Source: Obrimoposthia wandeli
Lineage: Eukaryota
Assembly: GCA_977020255.1 (NCBI GenBank)
Contig: CDROCS010002866.1
Location: 248,001-312,000, forward strand
Direction: 5' to 3'
DNA length: 64,000 nucleotides
Shown here in pieces: positions 10,591-20,070 of the stretch. How positions within the stretch are numbered: position 1 is the stretch's first letter; every line of letters starts with the position of its first letter. A program made the translations under genes and the position numbers. The notes beneath the pieces were generated by a model that worked only from the letters and a program-made list of their open reading frames with translations, ran no database searches and was not told the origin of the DNA.

Positions 10591-11235
10591 ATGGCTTACG
10601 AAGAACAACAAGCAATAAATGAATTAGTCCGCTACGGCCGCTCGATGTTTGAAAGAGGCCTCACTGGTGGGGCCTCAGCTAATATCAGTATTCGTACAGA
10701 AGAAGGCTTTATAATATCCCCTACTAATTCATGTATCGGTTTTTTAGAGCTGCATGAATTGTCGATTTTGGATAAAGCGGGAAACTGGTTACGTGGCGAA
10801 AAGCCCTCAAAAGAGTTTGCCTTACACAAAGCCTTTTACGACGAACGCCCCCAAGACAATGCAGTGGTGCACTTGCACAGTACTTACGCCACAGCCCTCT
10901 CTTGCTTAGATATATCTGAAGCAGAAATGTTTCCTCCTCTCACCCCTTATCTCTATATCCGTTTGGGTAGAGTAGCCAAAGTACCTTATTTTTCCCCTGG
11001 AGACTTATCTCTGGCTAAAGCCGTACAGGCTGTAACTGCTGATACAGCAGGCGTTTTAATGGCCAATCATGGACCTATAGTTTCTGGAACTAATTTTTGC
11101 AACGCTATGTACGCAATTGAAGAACTTGAAGAGAGTGCTAAAATTGCACTGTTATTAAGGAATCAACAATGTGTGTTTCTATCTCCAGAAAATATTGATG
11201 ATTTGTTAATAAAGTACGGACATAAACCTAGTTAA
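10591..11235 (+). CDS. otnC: Class II aldolase family, probable 3-oxo-tetronate 4-phosphate decarboxylase
   Basis: GNIS-like ANIS, KPSKE, VVHLHSTYA, ANHGP, ELEE motifs; immediately after otnK. Confidence 0.8.
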   Translation: MAYEEQQAINELVRYGRSMFERGLTGGASANISIRTEEGFIISPTNSCIGFLELHELSILDKAGNWLRGEKPSKEFALHKAFYDERPQDNAVVHLHSTYATALSCLDISEAEMFPPLTPYLYIRLGRVAKVPYFSPGDLSLAKAVQAVTADTAGVLMANHGPIVSGTNFCNAMYAIEELEESAKIALLLRNQQCVFLSPENIDDLLIKYGHKPS

Positions 11236-11400
11236 CTTTATAACGCATATCGCATATCGCATATCGCTTCATTAAAAAATGAATATTATTTTCATTAGTA
11301 AACCTATATATCAAAATTTAAAAATAACTTTACCCCTATAATGCTAATGAGCTAATAGTGATAGCAAAAATTTTTCTTCACTTCCGCTCTGGAATTCCAC

Positions 11401-11862
11401 ATGCAGAACAAAGCCACTAGAAAAATGAGACCCAGCAAAACTATTGCACTTGTTGCTCATGACAATATGAAGAAAATTTTGGTTGAATGGAGTATTAAGC
11501 ATCAAAAACAGCTAGTGAAACACAAATTGGTCGCCACAGGGACTACTGGAATATTATTGGAAAAAGCGTTGAATACCAGCATTCAACGCTATTTAAGTGG
11601 GCCTATGGGTGGAGATCAGCAAATTGGCTCCAATATAGCAGAAGCAAATATCAATATACTCGTGTTCTTTTGGGACCCACTATCACCTCAGCCACACGAC
11701 CCTGATATTAAAGCACTGCTTCGTTTGGCAGCTGTTTGGAATATACCGGTTGCTTGCACTCCATCTTCGGCGGATTTTATGTTTCATTCAGACTTGATTG
11801 ATAAAGAGTACTCTTTTTCAGTTCCTGATTATGAAAGCTATATGAATGATAGGAAACCATGA
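11401..11862 (+). CDS. mgsA: Methylglyoxal synthase
   Basis: IALVAHD, ATGTTG, SGPMGGDQQIG, FWDPL, PHDPDIKALLRLA. Confidence 0.97.
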   Translation: MQNKATRKMRPSKTIALVAHDNMKKILVEWSIKHQKQLVKHKLVATGTTGILLEKALNTSIQRYLSGPMGGDQQIGSNIAEANINILVFFWDPLSPQPHDPDIKALLRLAAVWNIPVACTPSSADFMFHSDLIDKEYSFSVPDYESYMNDRKP

Positions 11863-12202
11863 GAAATTAGCGAATAAATATCCATTATTTTTGGGTGATA
11901 TCGCATAATAATACGTTGATATGGCAACTAAGCCCCACGGACAAAATTCATAAAGCTTGGTAAAAAATGGTTGTTTGGCGAAGTTTACATATAACGAAAA
12001 AACCGATCATCGTTATTAGAGACACCAGAGAAGGTGATATAAGCTTAAATTTTATTCAGAACAGTGCGTTTCTTGTTCATGAAGCGTCGATTGTGTGCCA
12101 GTGAATGGAGCAGAAAATCGACAGCCTGCATATGAACAAGAACTTAACAGCCTGTTCGAGCAGTAAAGTAAAGCCAAAAAAATGTTAACGGCTAGTACCT
12201 TG

Positions 12203-12622
12203 TTAGGAATATCGACTGCAATATAGTTCGGTATGTTCGATGCAATACTCACCTGCTAGCTCTAATTGTATTGCCGATACATCCAACATTTCTTTTGGCT
12301 TACCATAAGCTAATACATTGAAAGTATCACCGGAATCTAAACAGGTGACTTCAATTGAAACTCTACAGTAACCATCTGGCTCATTGACCCTTTCCAATAT
12401 ATCCATAGCCGATAAAGCATCATTCGTTACTTCAAAGACTTGCCCTTTAACAGGGTAGCCTTTACCTGGATTCAAAATAAGCCAAGGGGAATAACGCTCA
12501 CCAACTAAATAGAGAGGATAATTTTCCTTAGTCGTAAAATTATTTCGAAAGCGTGCACCTTTATTTATTATAAAGTTTGGAAAGCCTTCTTTCAAAGTTC
12601 CAAATACAAAAACCTTGTGCAC
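12203..12622 (-). CDS. Gamma-glutamylcyclotransferase (AIG2-like) family protein, in an integron-cassette-like context
   Basis: VFVFGTLKEG motif, GQVFEV, LDILE-like MDILE; GTG start at 12622 with AAGGAG RBS (ORF track extension to 12697 is unlikely). Confidence 0.8.
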   Translation of the reverse strand: MHKVFVFGTLKEGFPNFIINKGARFRNNFTTKENYPLYLVGERYSPWLILNPGKGYPVKGQVFEVTNDALSAMDILERVNEPDGYCRVSIEVTCLDSGDTFNVLAYGKPKEMLDVSAIQLELAGEYCIEHTELYCSRYS

Positions 12623-12636
12623 TATATTCTCCTTAC

Positions 12637-12738
12637 TCCTAACGCCGCCGGCAACTGCAAAAAAGTGAACGGGTGTTTTTTTGCGGTTTTTTAGCAAAAA
12701 TGAAGAAAATTTTCGGTGTCAAATTGATCGGCCTTCTG
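12637..12738 (-). mobile_element. Degenerate attC-like site upstream of the GGCT gene
   Basis: On minus: GGCCGATCAATTTG...CAGTTGCCGGCGGCGTTAGGA, an imperfect stem ending in a GTT core just before the RBS; the matching inverse core TCCTAAC overlaps the gene stop codon (plus 12202-12208). Confidence 0.6.
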
Positions 12739-13039
12739 CGCGCTCTGCATGGGCATGAACTAATGAGATGAAAGCCCTTTGTAGGAAATCACCGTTGATT
12801 TAACGAACAGTTATTAAACGTTAACTACTAACGAATGGCAAGATGTTGATCAAAAGTATATTTAGGAGTACCGAAAGGGCTGATTAGCCATTAACTCCCC
12901 ATATTCAAGCATTATGAAACAGCTGGGAGCTTCCATAGAGCACTCGTTTAAGCACGCACTCCAATACTAGCCTGTTAGTACATTATGTGTTTTTAGTATT
13001 TAACCATAACATCTTCAATTCAATCAGGGCGTAACACAG

Positions 13040-13448
13040 TTACTTTTTAGCCGCAGGCTTAGCTCTTTTCATAGTTGCTTTTCACTTCACAAATTTCTTA
13101 CCCATACCCTTCATACCTGAAAAACTCACGCTCCCAACTTCATCTATCAAGCCACTTAGCCCTTCTGTCAAAGGCTTCATGAATTGGTCATACTTCATGT
13201 TTTTCTCACTGATAGCTACCAGCTAGATCTCCCAATGGCCGGTCATGTCTGATAAAAGCATTTGTTCAGAAAACTAGCTCACGCCCTACTTCTATCGCGC
13301 ATATTTCTTAACCTTTACGGTTTAAAAACTCTCGTTTAAAATACAACTCAGTAATTCCAGCACGTGTTACTTCTATACCAAGTCCATTAGTTTCACTAAG
13401 GTTTTTTATCATCTCAGGATTAGATACATATCGAACAATAACTGTGAT
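13040..13448 (-). pseudogene. Decayed, divergent second copy of the topB 3' end (about 130 codons)
   Basis: Translation ITVIVRYVSNPEMIKNLSETNGLGIEVTRAGITELYFKREFLNRKG*...DMTGHWE...KYDQFM...AAKK* aligns with intact TopB MTGISRFVQDSELKKVLKDTDGIGTEATRAGIIELLFKRLFLCREGK...DMTALWE...KYQQFM; stops and frameshifts present. Confidence 0.85.
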
Positions 13449-15463
13449 TACTTTTTAAACGCTTTCTTGACTGGTGTTTTTCGAGTAGCGGTCTTACGAG
13501 CAGTTTTACTCGTCGCAGCTGTTTTGCTCCCCGCACCGTTTGTCGCAGCTTTAGTCATACGTTTTTTAAAGCCAGTTTTGTTATAACTCGGTTTCTTGCC
13601 TTCTCCACTTAAACTCGTGAAAGCGGCCGGGTTTACCTGATTAGATAAATCGTTGATCACTAATTCTAAATCGTGCATGAACTGTTGGTATTTAAATTGG
13701 CGCTCGGCCATTAATGACAAGCGTGATTCCCATAAAGCTGTCATATCTGGGGTGGTTGCCATTGTCGGTAAACTGGCGACCAGTTTTTTTCCTATTAAAG
13801 TCGATTTAATCAGCTTGCCTTCGCGGCATAAAAACAAACGCTTAAATAGCAATTCGATAATGCCGGCGCGTGTTGCTTCAGTGCCTATGCCATCAGTGTC
13901 TTTTAAAACTTTTTTGAGCTCGCTATCTTGTACAAAACGACTGATACCTGTCATGGCGGCAAGCAGTGTTGCATCGTTAAAGTATGCAGGGGGGCTGGTT
14001 AGCTTATCGTCAATGCGGGCATCAACACAGTTTACCTGCTCGCCTTTTATTAGATTAGGAAGTGTCTCGGAATCTGGCGTATCTGCCTTTTTACTCACCC
14101 CCATCAACACTTTCCAACCTTCATCGGTGGTTTGTTTTGATTTTGCTGAAAACTTACCACCCGCAATATCAACGGCTAATTCTCTTTCATCGTAACGAAA
14201 TGGTGGGTAAAACTGATATAAGTATTGCCTAGCTATTTGCTGGTAAATCCGCGCTTCATCACTGGTTAAGCTGCCACTACTTTTTGCGGTGGGAATAATC
14301 GCGTGATGAGCATCTACTTTGCTATCATTCCACGCTTTTGATTGCAGTGCTAGGTTAGCGTTTTCAACGCCTTTTTTTAAGCTGGCATCTACTTTTGCTA
14401 TCGCTTGTGTGACTTGCGATGCTTGTGAAAAGTGTTCTTTAGGCAGATAACGGCTATCGGATCTTGGGTAGGTAATTAACTTGTGGCGTTCATACAACGC
14501 TTGGCAAATTTCTAATACTTTTTTAGCGCTAAAACCAAAGCGTTTTGCAGCATCTATCTGTAAAGATGACAAACTATAAGGTAATGGCGGCGCTTGTTGT
14601 TTGCCTTTATTTTGGCAATGTAGCACTGTTCCCAATTGCCCTTTAATACGCGAGACGACATTTTCTGCTAAAGCGCGCACTAGCACTCGCCCTTCTTCAT
14701 CTTGATAAGGTGCGCAGCTTTCACTTGGAAGCCACTTTAGCGAAAAAGGAATATTATTGTTGGTAGCATTAGTGGTTACAAGTTGCGCCCAAACTTCATA
14801 AAATGGTTTACTGACAAAATTCTCAATTTCTTCATCTCTGCGCACGACTAATCCTAACAGCGGAGTTTGTACGCGCCCTACTGATAACACGCCTTGGAAA
14901 CCTGCCTTACCCCCCAAAATAGTACACAGGCGGGTCATATTCATGCCGTATAGCCAGTCCGCTCTTGAACGGGCTAATGCGGAGGTGGAAAGCGGAATAA
15001 ATTCAGCGTTATCTCTTAAGTTTGCCAGTGATTTTTTTATGGCGGGCAAATTGAGATCACTAATCAAACAACGTTGCGCTGCATTGCGTTTGCGCACACC
15101 CACTTTTAGATGCACTAATACTTCGTCAACCAATAATTGGCCTTCACGATCGGGGTCTCCAGCATGTACGATATGATCCGCTTGCTTTAATAATTGGCGC
15201 AGTACCGTGAGCTGTTTGCTGGTTTCCTTTTTGGCTTTGAGTTGCCACTGGTCAGGAATAATCGGTAAATGTTCAAGCTTCCATTGCTTATATTTTACAT
15301 CGTAAGCATCGGGCTCTGCTTGCTCTAATAAATGACCAATGCACCAACTAACAACATTGCCCCCAGCTACTTCGATATATCCTTGTTGCTTTTTATGTGG
15401 TTTAGGCAATGCATCGGCAATGGCTCTACCTAGGCTTGGTTTTTCTGCAATGTACAAAATCAT
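13448..15463 (-). CDS. topB: DNA topoisomerase III (type IA)
   Basis: LYIAEKPS, WCIGH, DPDREG, GRVQTP, ITYPRSD, GIGTEATRAGIIE. Confidence 0.96.
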   Translation of the reverse strand: MILYIAEKPSLGRAIADALPKPHKKQQGYIEVAGGNVVSWCIGHLLEQAEPDAYDVKYKQWKLEHLPIIPDQWQLKAKKETSKQLTVLRQLLKQADHIVHAGDPDREGQLLVDEVLVHLKVGVRKRNAAQRCLISDLNLPAIKKSLANLRDNAEFIPLSTSALARSRADWLYGMNMTRLCTILGGKAGFQGVLSVGRVQTPLLGLVVRRDEEIENFVSKPFYEVWAQLVTTNATNNNIPFSLKWLPSESCAPYQDEEGRVLVRALAENVVSRIKGQLGTVLHCQNKGKQQAPPLPYSLSSLQIDAAKRFGFSAKKVLEICQALYERHKLITYPRSDSRYLPKEHFSQASQVTQAIAKVDASLKKGVENANLALQSKAWNDSKVDAHHAIIPTAKSSGSLTSDEARIYQQIARQYLYQFYPPFRYDERELAVDIAGGKFSAKSKQTTDEGWKVLMGVSKKADTPDSETLPNLIKGEQVNCVDARIDDKLTSPPAYFNDATLLAAMTGISRFVQDSELKKVLKDTDGIGTEATRAGIIELLFKRLFLCREGKLIKSTLIGKKLVASLPTMATTPDMTALWESRLSLMAERQFKYQQFMHDLELVINDLSNQVNPAAFTSLSGEGKKPSYNKTGFKKRMTKAATNGAGSKTAATSKTARKTATRKTPVKKAFKK

Positions 15464-16698
15464 TAGTTATTTAAAGCCTGTGCCACTTGAAAGCGATAGT
15501 TAACCGGCATTTTTTTATTAATCAGCAACACAAAAGCTTGCCACTGTTGTTGCTTATCTAAAAAGTAACCGGCGAGTGAATGGTTGTCTGATAAAGTGCC
15601 TGTTTTAGCTTTTAAGCCTTTGCGTCGCTCGGGTAATAAATCAATCCAAGGCCTAAAGACTTCTAGCACTTTAAGTAATTGTTGGGCACTAATTTGATTA
15701 AGCCTTGAAAGGCCAGCCCCATCGACAAAACTTGCACCTTGGAAAGCAAATTCTTGTTCCAAAAGCTGCGTATAATTTTTTTGTGCAGCCACCACATTCA
15801 GCTCTGCTTGGTTTTCACTGGTTGGCGGTAGCATCAAAAATAATTGATTGGCGATAAAGTTATTCGAGTATTTTAGCATTGCGCTCAGTAGGTCTTCTAA
15901 ATTGCGGGTATTATAATGGCGGTACACAAACCGCGCGCTTTTAGAGAGCTTAGCGATAGAGACAGGAAGATTGCGTTTAAAATGTAATTTTGCATACACT
16001 TCACCAAAATACTGTGCGGCCATATCTCTGCCACCAGGAAGGGATATACGTTTTTTCTCGAAACCAATATTAACCGCTAAACTTTTAGCCAAAGGGGTTA
16101 TTGGCGTTTGAGCCTCAGCACTTAGCACCGCTGATTCACGCTTTTCAATAAACACAGTATTAAAATTCACTACCAATGCAGCATTGCCAGCATCATACGG
16201 ATTATCGCTGTCACCGCGGCCATCTAAGCGTAGTTCCGGGAAATAACTATGATCAACCTTGATGTTTTTGATTTTTCCTAATTTGAGCTTTTTTATCTCT
16301 CTCGTCATCAAAGCAATTTCTTCTGAGGTGATATACGGATCGCCAAAACCTTTGATCCATAACGTACCATTATCATAGTAAAAATCGGTATAAAATTGAT
16401 GTTCCAATCCCCAGCGCTTAATCGCTAAATAGGCAGTCACTACTTTTAAGGTGGATGCTGGAACCAGTAATTGTTGTGGCCGAATACTAACCCCAGCTAC
16501 TTGGGAATTTTGTGCTAACAATAGCGCGGCTTTGGGTATTTTGTGCAGTATTTTATTATGCTTATCTATAGCCGCCCCATAACTGAAACTACTAACGCAG
16601 AAACTCATTACAACGAGCAAGAAAACTCGCTGCATTTTTGAGCGAAAAAGAGAGTTACTCATCGTCATCCATATTCCTTTAATTGACTGAAAACACAC
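15463..16698 (-). CDS. dacB: D-Ala-D-Ala carboxypeptidase/endopeptidase (peptidase S13, PBP4)
   Basis: PASTLK (SxxK), SNN, KTGTL motifs and DGAGLSR; likely start near 16668. Confidence 0.88.
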   Translation of the reverse strand: MCFQSIKGIWMTMSNSLFRSKMQRVFLLVVMSFCVSSFSYGAAIDKHNKILHKIPKAALLLAQNSQVAGVSIRPQQLLVPASTLKVVTAYLAIKRWGLEHQFYTDFYYDNGTLWIKGFGDPYITSEEIALMTREIKKLKLGKIKNIKVDHSYFPELRLDGRGDSDNPYDAGNAALVVNFNTVFIEKRESAVLSAEAQTPITPLAKSLAVNIGFEKKRISLPGGRDMAAQYFGEVYAKLHFKRNLPVSIAKLSKSARFVYRHYNTRNLEDLLSAMLKYSNNFIANQLFLMLPPTSENQAELNVVAAQKNYTQLLEQEFAFQGASFVDGAGLSRLNQISAQQLLKVLEVFRPWIDLLPERRKGLKAKTGTLSDNHSLAGYFLDKQQQWQAFVLLINKKMPVNYRFQVAQALNN

Positions 16699-17139
16699 TA
16701 TTTAAGGGTAGATTATGCGACATTACTGATCTTTATAAAAATATATTTATTCATCTAAAGATGATTTTTTTTGTAAAAAACATATCAAACTCATAAAAAT
16801 TATAATTTTTTATATAAAATTTAAATAGTTATGCTTATTAAATACTTCTTAAAAACCAATTAAAGTTAACCTAAGCAGTTGTTTTTATATTTTTTCAGCT
16901 AATATATTGTTTGTTTAGTTTCTGTTAAGATTTTACTGCTTATTATTGGTCAATGTAGATTTCAAGTGTCACTATTTACTTGTTATCACAATTTACTTGG
17001 TATAAATATTGCTTATTTATTAAGCAGTATAGGAGTGATTAATATTTGAACAGTTTCTTAATATCGTAATAACTGTAAATACATACTTGCAAGTTTCGCT
17101 ATCTAAAAATGGACTTATTTTAACTATAGGGAACAGCAC

Positions 17140-17784
17140 ATGGCATTACTTATTTTTAATAACGGCACAGCTTCTTCAGCTGCATCGAACAACACAAAAA
17201 GCAGTTATTTCTCAGGCAACTCTTCGCTTAGGCAGTTGGATTTTTCGAATTCAAGTGAAAGCAAAGATCTCTATTCTAATGATAAACCGCAACAGCAAAG
17301 TATTAATCAAAAAAATCCAGTTATAGCCTCACCAGGTCAAAAACTAAGCTATATTAATACCGGAAAAACAACTGACTCACTGGATAACCGACGCCGCCTA
17401 AAAGCTTCTCATGTAATGACATCACCGGTTTTAACTGCGATGCCTCACGATTTAGTTGATAGTGCTAAGTTATTGATGCAGGAGAATAAGGTATCTCATT
17501 TAGTTGTTGTTGATGAAAATAACACGCCTTTAGGTCTTATCAATTCAAAAGATTTGCTGGCAGTTAGCTCCCCAGAAAGTGTGTTTATTCAAAGTATTTT
17601 AAATACTAGCCTTTTAGCAGTATCAGAGGATACCTTAGTTAGAGATATCGCTTTAACTTTTATGGAGTATAAAGCGACTGCTATCTCTGTGGTGAATAAT
17701 AATCATCAGTTAACCGGTATTATCAGCCGCAGTGATTTATTGAGTTTGTTAGTCAGTAGTCCAAATCAGCAAATTAAAGCGTAA
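17140..17784 (+). CDS. CBS-domain protein with a low-complexity N-terminal extension
   Basis: Paired CBS motifs (VMTSPV...HLVVVD...LGLI; LTGIISRSDLL). Confidence 0.8.
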   Translation: MALLIFNNGTASSAASNNTKSSYFSGNSSLRQLDFSNSSESKDLYSNDKPQQQSINQKNPVIASPGQKLSYINTGKTTDSLDNRRRLKASHVMTSPVLTAMPHDLVDSAKLLMQENKVSHLVVVDENNTPLGLINSKDLLAVSSPESVFIQSILNTSLLAVSEDTLVRDIALTFMEYKATAISVVNNNHQLTGIISRSDLLSLLVSSPNQQIKA

Positions 17785-17790
17785 TGATAT

Positions 17791-18324
17791 TTAAAGTAAT
17801 TTGGTTAAGTTTAAAGTTAACTCTTTTTCACCTGCATTTATATAGAGTTCACCTGCGCTTATAGAAATAGTTAGTTGCATTTTACGTTCGACAAAGTCGG
17901 CAAGTTTTGCCACTTGTTTATGATCAAATGCAAGCACTTCAATATGCGGCAAAGCTCTAAAGGCGCTGGCAGATTTTTGCCACCAAACCGCCGTTTCACT
18001 GCCATATGCGTATAAAAATACTTTTGGAGATCGGCTAATGCCTTTACGCATTCTCTCCGGACTGGCTTGGCCTACTTCGATCCATTTTTCAACTTGTAAA
18101 CTGGGAGAGATTTGCCATATATCTGGCTCATCTTGTGAAGAGAGCCCTTTAGTAAATTGCAAATCACCATGATAGTTGAGTGCGTAAACCATCAATCTAA
18201 CCATCATTCTGATTTGTGTTTCTGAAGGGTGCTGAGTTAAGGTAAATTTGCAACTATCATAGACATCTCTATCTGTATCAACTAGCTGCAAATCAATTTT
18301 ATATAGTGTTGGTTTTAAAGCCAT
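17791..18324 (-). CDS. yaeQ: YaeQ family protein
   Basis: MALKPTLYK, QHPSET, RMMVRL, FTKGLS..DEPDIW, WIEVGQ. Confidence 0.9.
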   Translation of the reverse strand: MALKPTLYKIDLQLVDTDRDVYDSCKFTLTQHPSETQIRMMVRLMVYALNYHGDLQFTKGLSSQDEPDIWQISPSLQVEKWIEVGQASPERMRKGISRSPKVFLYAYGSETAVWWQKSASAFRALPHIEVLAFDHKQVAKLADFVERKMQLTISISAGELYINAGEKELTLNLTKLL

Positions 18325-18581
18325 TAAGAGGTGGTATCCAACTTGGCTGGTGTAGTTAAAATAGTGTTTAAGCTGGAGAGGTGTTCTGCTGCATCTTTAC
18401 CTAGATCTGTTAAATAACCACCATCAAACCGTGTCACTAAACCTTTTTCAAATAACCTTTTAGCAGCGGCTATCAAATTTTCTGATGCATCACCATGAAC
18501 CTTAATTCCCTCTAGTGAAGAGCTTAAACGAAATTGAGATAACATAGTTAATTCATCGACGAGATCTGTATTAAATTTCAT
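18324..18581 (-). CDS. TIGR02647 family small conserved protein
   Basis: EL..L..F.L.S..EGIKVH...A..RLFEKGL....DGGYLT pattern. Confidence 0.7.
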   Translation of the reverse strand: MKFNTDLVDELTMLSQFRLSSSLEGIKVHGDASENLIAAAKRLFEKGLVTRFDGGYLTDLGKDAAEHLSSLNTILTTPAKLDTTS

Positions 18582-18748
18582 ATTTATTATCCTTTTACGA
18601 TTTTCTTGATCTGCAAAAGTACCTTACTCCGCTACGGGCTTTTTGTCCAGAAGCGAGCGGCTCACAGCAAGGTTTATTTATTTTTAATTTGAAAAATTCT
18701 CTTTCAAAGGTGCGATACAAAACCTTTGCTTTTAGACATTTTAATTAG

Positions 18749-19210
18749 CTAATGGCAAGGCAACTCAACTTGCCGAACTTTTACTGTTTTTAATTGAATT
18801 AGGTGTTCTACATCAATATATAATTGTGCAATTAATTCAGTTCCCCACGCTTGTTCTATTAATTGGTACTGTTGCTTTATCAAAGGCAGAATTTTTGCTG
18901 CCAACGCTTCGCTTTTAGGTGTTAAAAAGATCAGAACTCGGCGCTTATCCCCTGTTATCGCTTTGCGATTAACTAATCCCATTTCTCCTAATCGTTTTAA
19001 TATGCCAGCCATGCTTGGGCTTAATATATCGCAAGACTCACACAAGTAACGAGGCTCTACTTCGCCTTCCTCTACTAAAATTCGCAGTACTCTCCACTGT
19101 TGCTCTGTCAAACCAAAGTGTTTAAGAATAGGTCTAAATTGAGAAATAATCGTCTCTCTCGCTTTGGAAAGTAGTAGAGGAAGGTTTCGCTGAGAGATGT
19201 GTTGATCCAT
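18749..19210 (-). CDS. hpaR: Homoprotocatechuate degradation operon repressor (MarR family)
   Basis: RNLPLLLSKARE...FRPIL...GLTEQQWRVLR; divergent from hpaG. Start moved to ATG 19210 because the ORF-track extension overlaps the hpaG promoter. Confidence 0.9.
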   Translation of the reverse strand: MDQHISQRNLPLLLSKARETIISQFRPILKHFGLTEQQWRVLRILVEEGEVEPRYLCESCDILSPSMAGILKRLGEMGLVNRKAITGDKRRVLIFLTPKSEALAAKILPLIKQQYQLIEQAWGTELIAQLYIDVEHLIQLKTVKVRQVELPCH

Positions 19211-19272
19211 AAATAAGTACCCAATTACCAGAAAAAAATATACGCAGTTTATTGCCAAAATAATTTTACCAG

Positions 19273-19320
19273 TTGACAAGTTAACATGTTAGCGAATATA
19301 TTACTAACATATTAGTAATA
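19273..19320 (+). promoter_or_regulatory. hpaG promoter with two palindromic putative HpaR operators
   Basis: TTGACA at 19273-19278; GTTAACATGTTAGC (19280-19293) and TATTACTAA-CATA-TTAGTAATA (19299-19320) share a TAACATRTTA core. Confidence 0.6.
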
Positions 19321-19350
19321 TACAAATAACCATCGCAATAGGAGTTTAAA

Positions 19351-20070
19351 ATGCCCTTGCTTGATATTCAACTTCAGCAGCAAACCTTATTTGAGGTTAT
19401 GCAAATCAATAACAGCGCCGTGTACGGCGTGGTATTAAATGACCATGATTCATTAGCATCATTGGCTTCTCAGTTAGAGCAAGTTCCCTATAAAGCAGCC
19501 CCTATTGCTCCTGTTTTGTATATAAAGCCAAAGAATACTTTTACGGCGGACAATACAATCGTCACGCTTCCTAGTAAAGCGACAAGTGTTGAAATTGGCG
19601 CGACACTGGCATTGGTCATAAAAAAACGAGCAACTCGTGTCAACGCTAATCAGGCACTTTCTCATATAGCAGGCGTTGGGTTGGTCGCTGATCTTTCATT
19701 GCCACACGATAGTTACTATCGCCCAGCAATAAGGGAAAAGTGCTTTGATGGCGCACTAGCTATTGGCGACCAGTTAGTCGCGATAGAGAGTTTAGGCGAC
19801 ATTGAAAACTTAGCAATACAGGTACTAATCAATGATCGATTAGTAGCCACTAAATCTTTTACTTCGCTAGTGCGAAAGGCTGATCAGCTTATAGCAGATG
19901 TTACTGACTATATGACCTTGCGTGCTGCAGATGTTTTATTACTAGGGGTTAGTTATCAAGCTGAGCAAGCCACTGATGGCGATAAAGTATCATTGGCTTT
20001 AATTGACAGAACAACAGGTCAGCAACAGGCGCACTTATCTTTTGAAGTCCAGACGGGAGATTGCAAATGA
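19351..20070 (+). CDS. hpaG: HpaG isomerase/decarboxylase, N-terminal subunit (FAH family)
   Basis: VYGVVLND, YKAAPIAPVLYIKPKNT, SYYRPAIREKCFDG. Confidence 0.85.
   Translation: MPLLDIQLQQQTLFEVMQINNSAVYGVVLNDHDSLASLASQLEQVPYKAAPIAPVLYIKPKNTFTADNTIVTLPSKATSVEIGATLALVIKKRATRVNANQALSHIAGVGLVADLSLPHDSYYRPAIREKCFDGALAIGDQLVAIESLGDIENLAIQVLINDRLVATKSFTSLVRKADQLIADVTDYMTLRAADVLLLGVSYQAEQATDGDKVSLALIDRTTGQQQAHLSFEVQTGDCK

Noticed and set aside
11244-11267. (CGCATAT)x3 tandem repeat between otnC and mgsA
   Set aside because: Too short to support a function or phase variation; probably slippage
11870-12200. Possible pseudogene between mgsA and the GGCT cassette
   Set aside because: Fragments look coding-like (for example VPVNGAENRQPAYEQELNSLFEQ*) but I could not assign a family
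12740-13040. Further attC sites or an integron integrase remnant
   Set aside because: No paired inverse-core/core structure or tyrosine-recombinase motif seen
18620-18670. GC-rich imperfect hairpin upstream of the TIGR02647 gene
   Set aside because: No match to an RNA family I recognise and no clear T-tract
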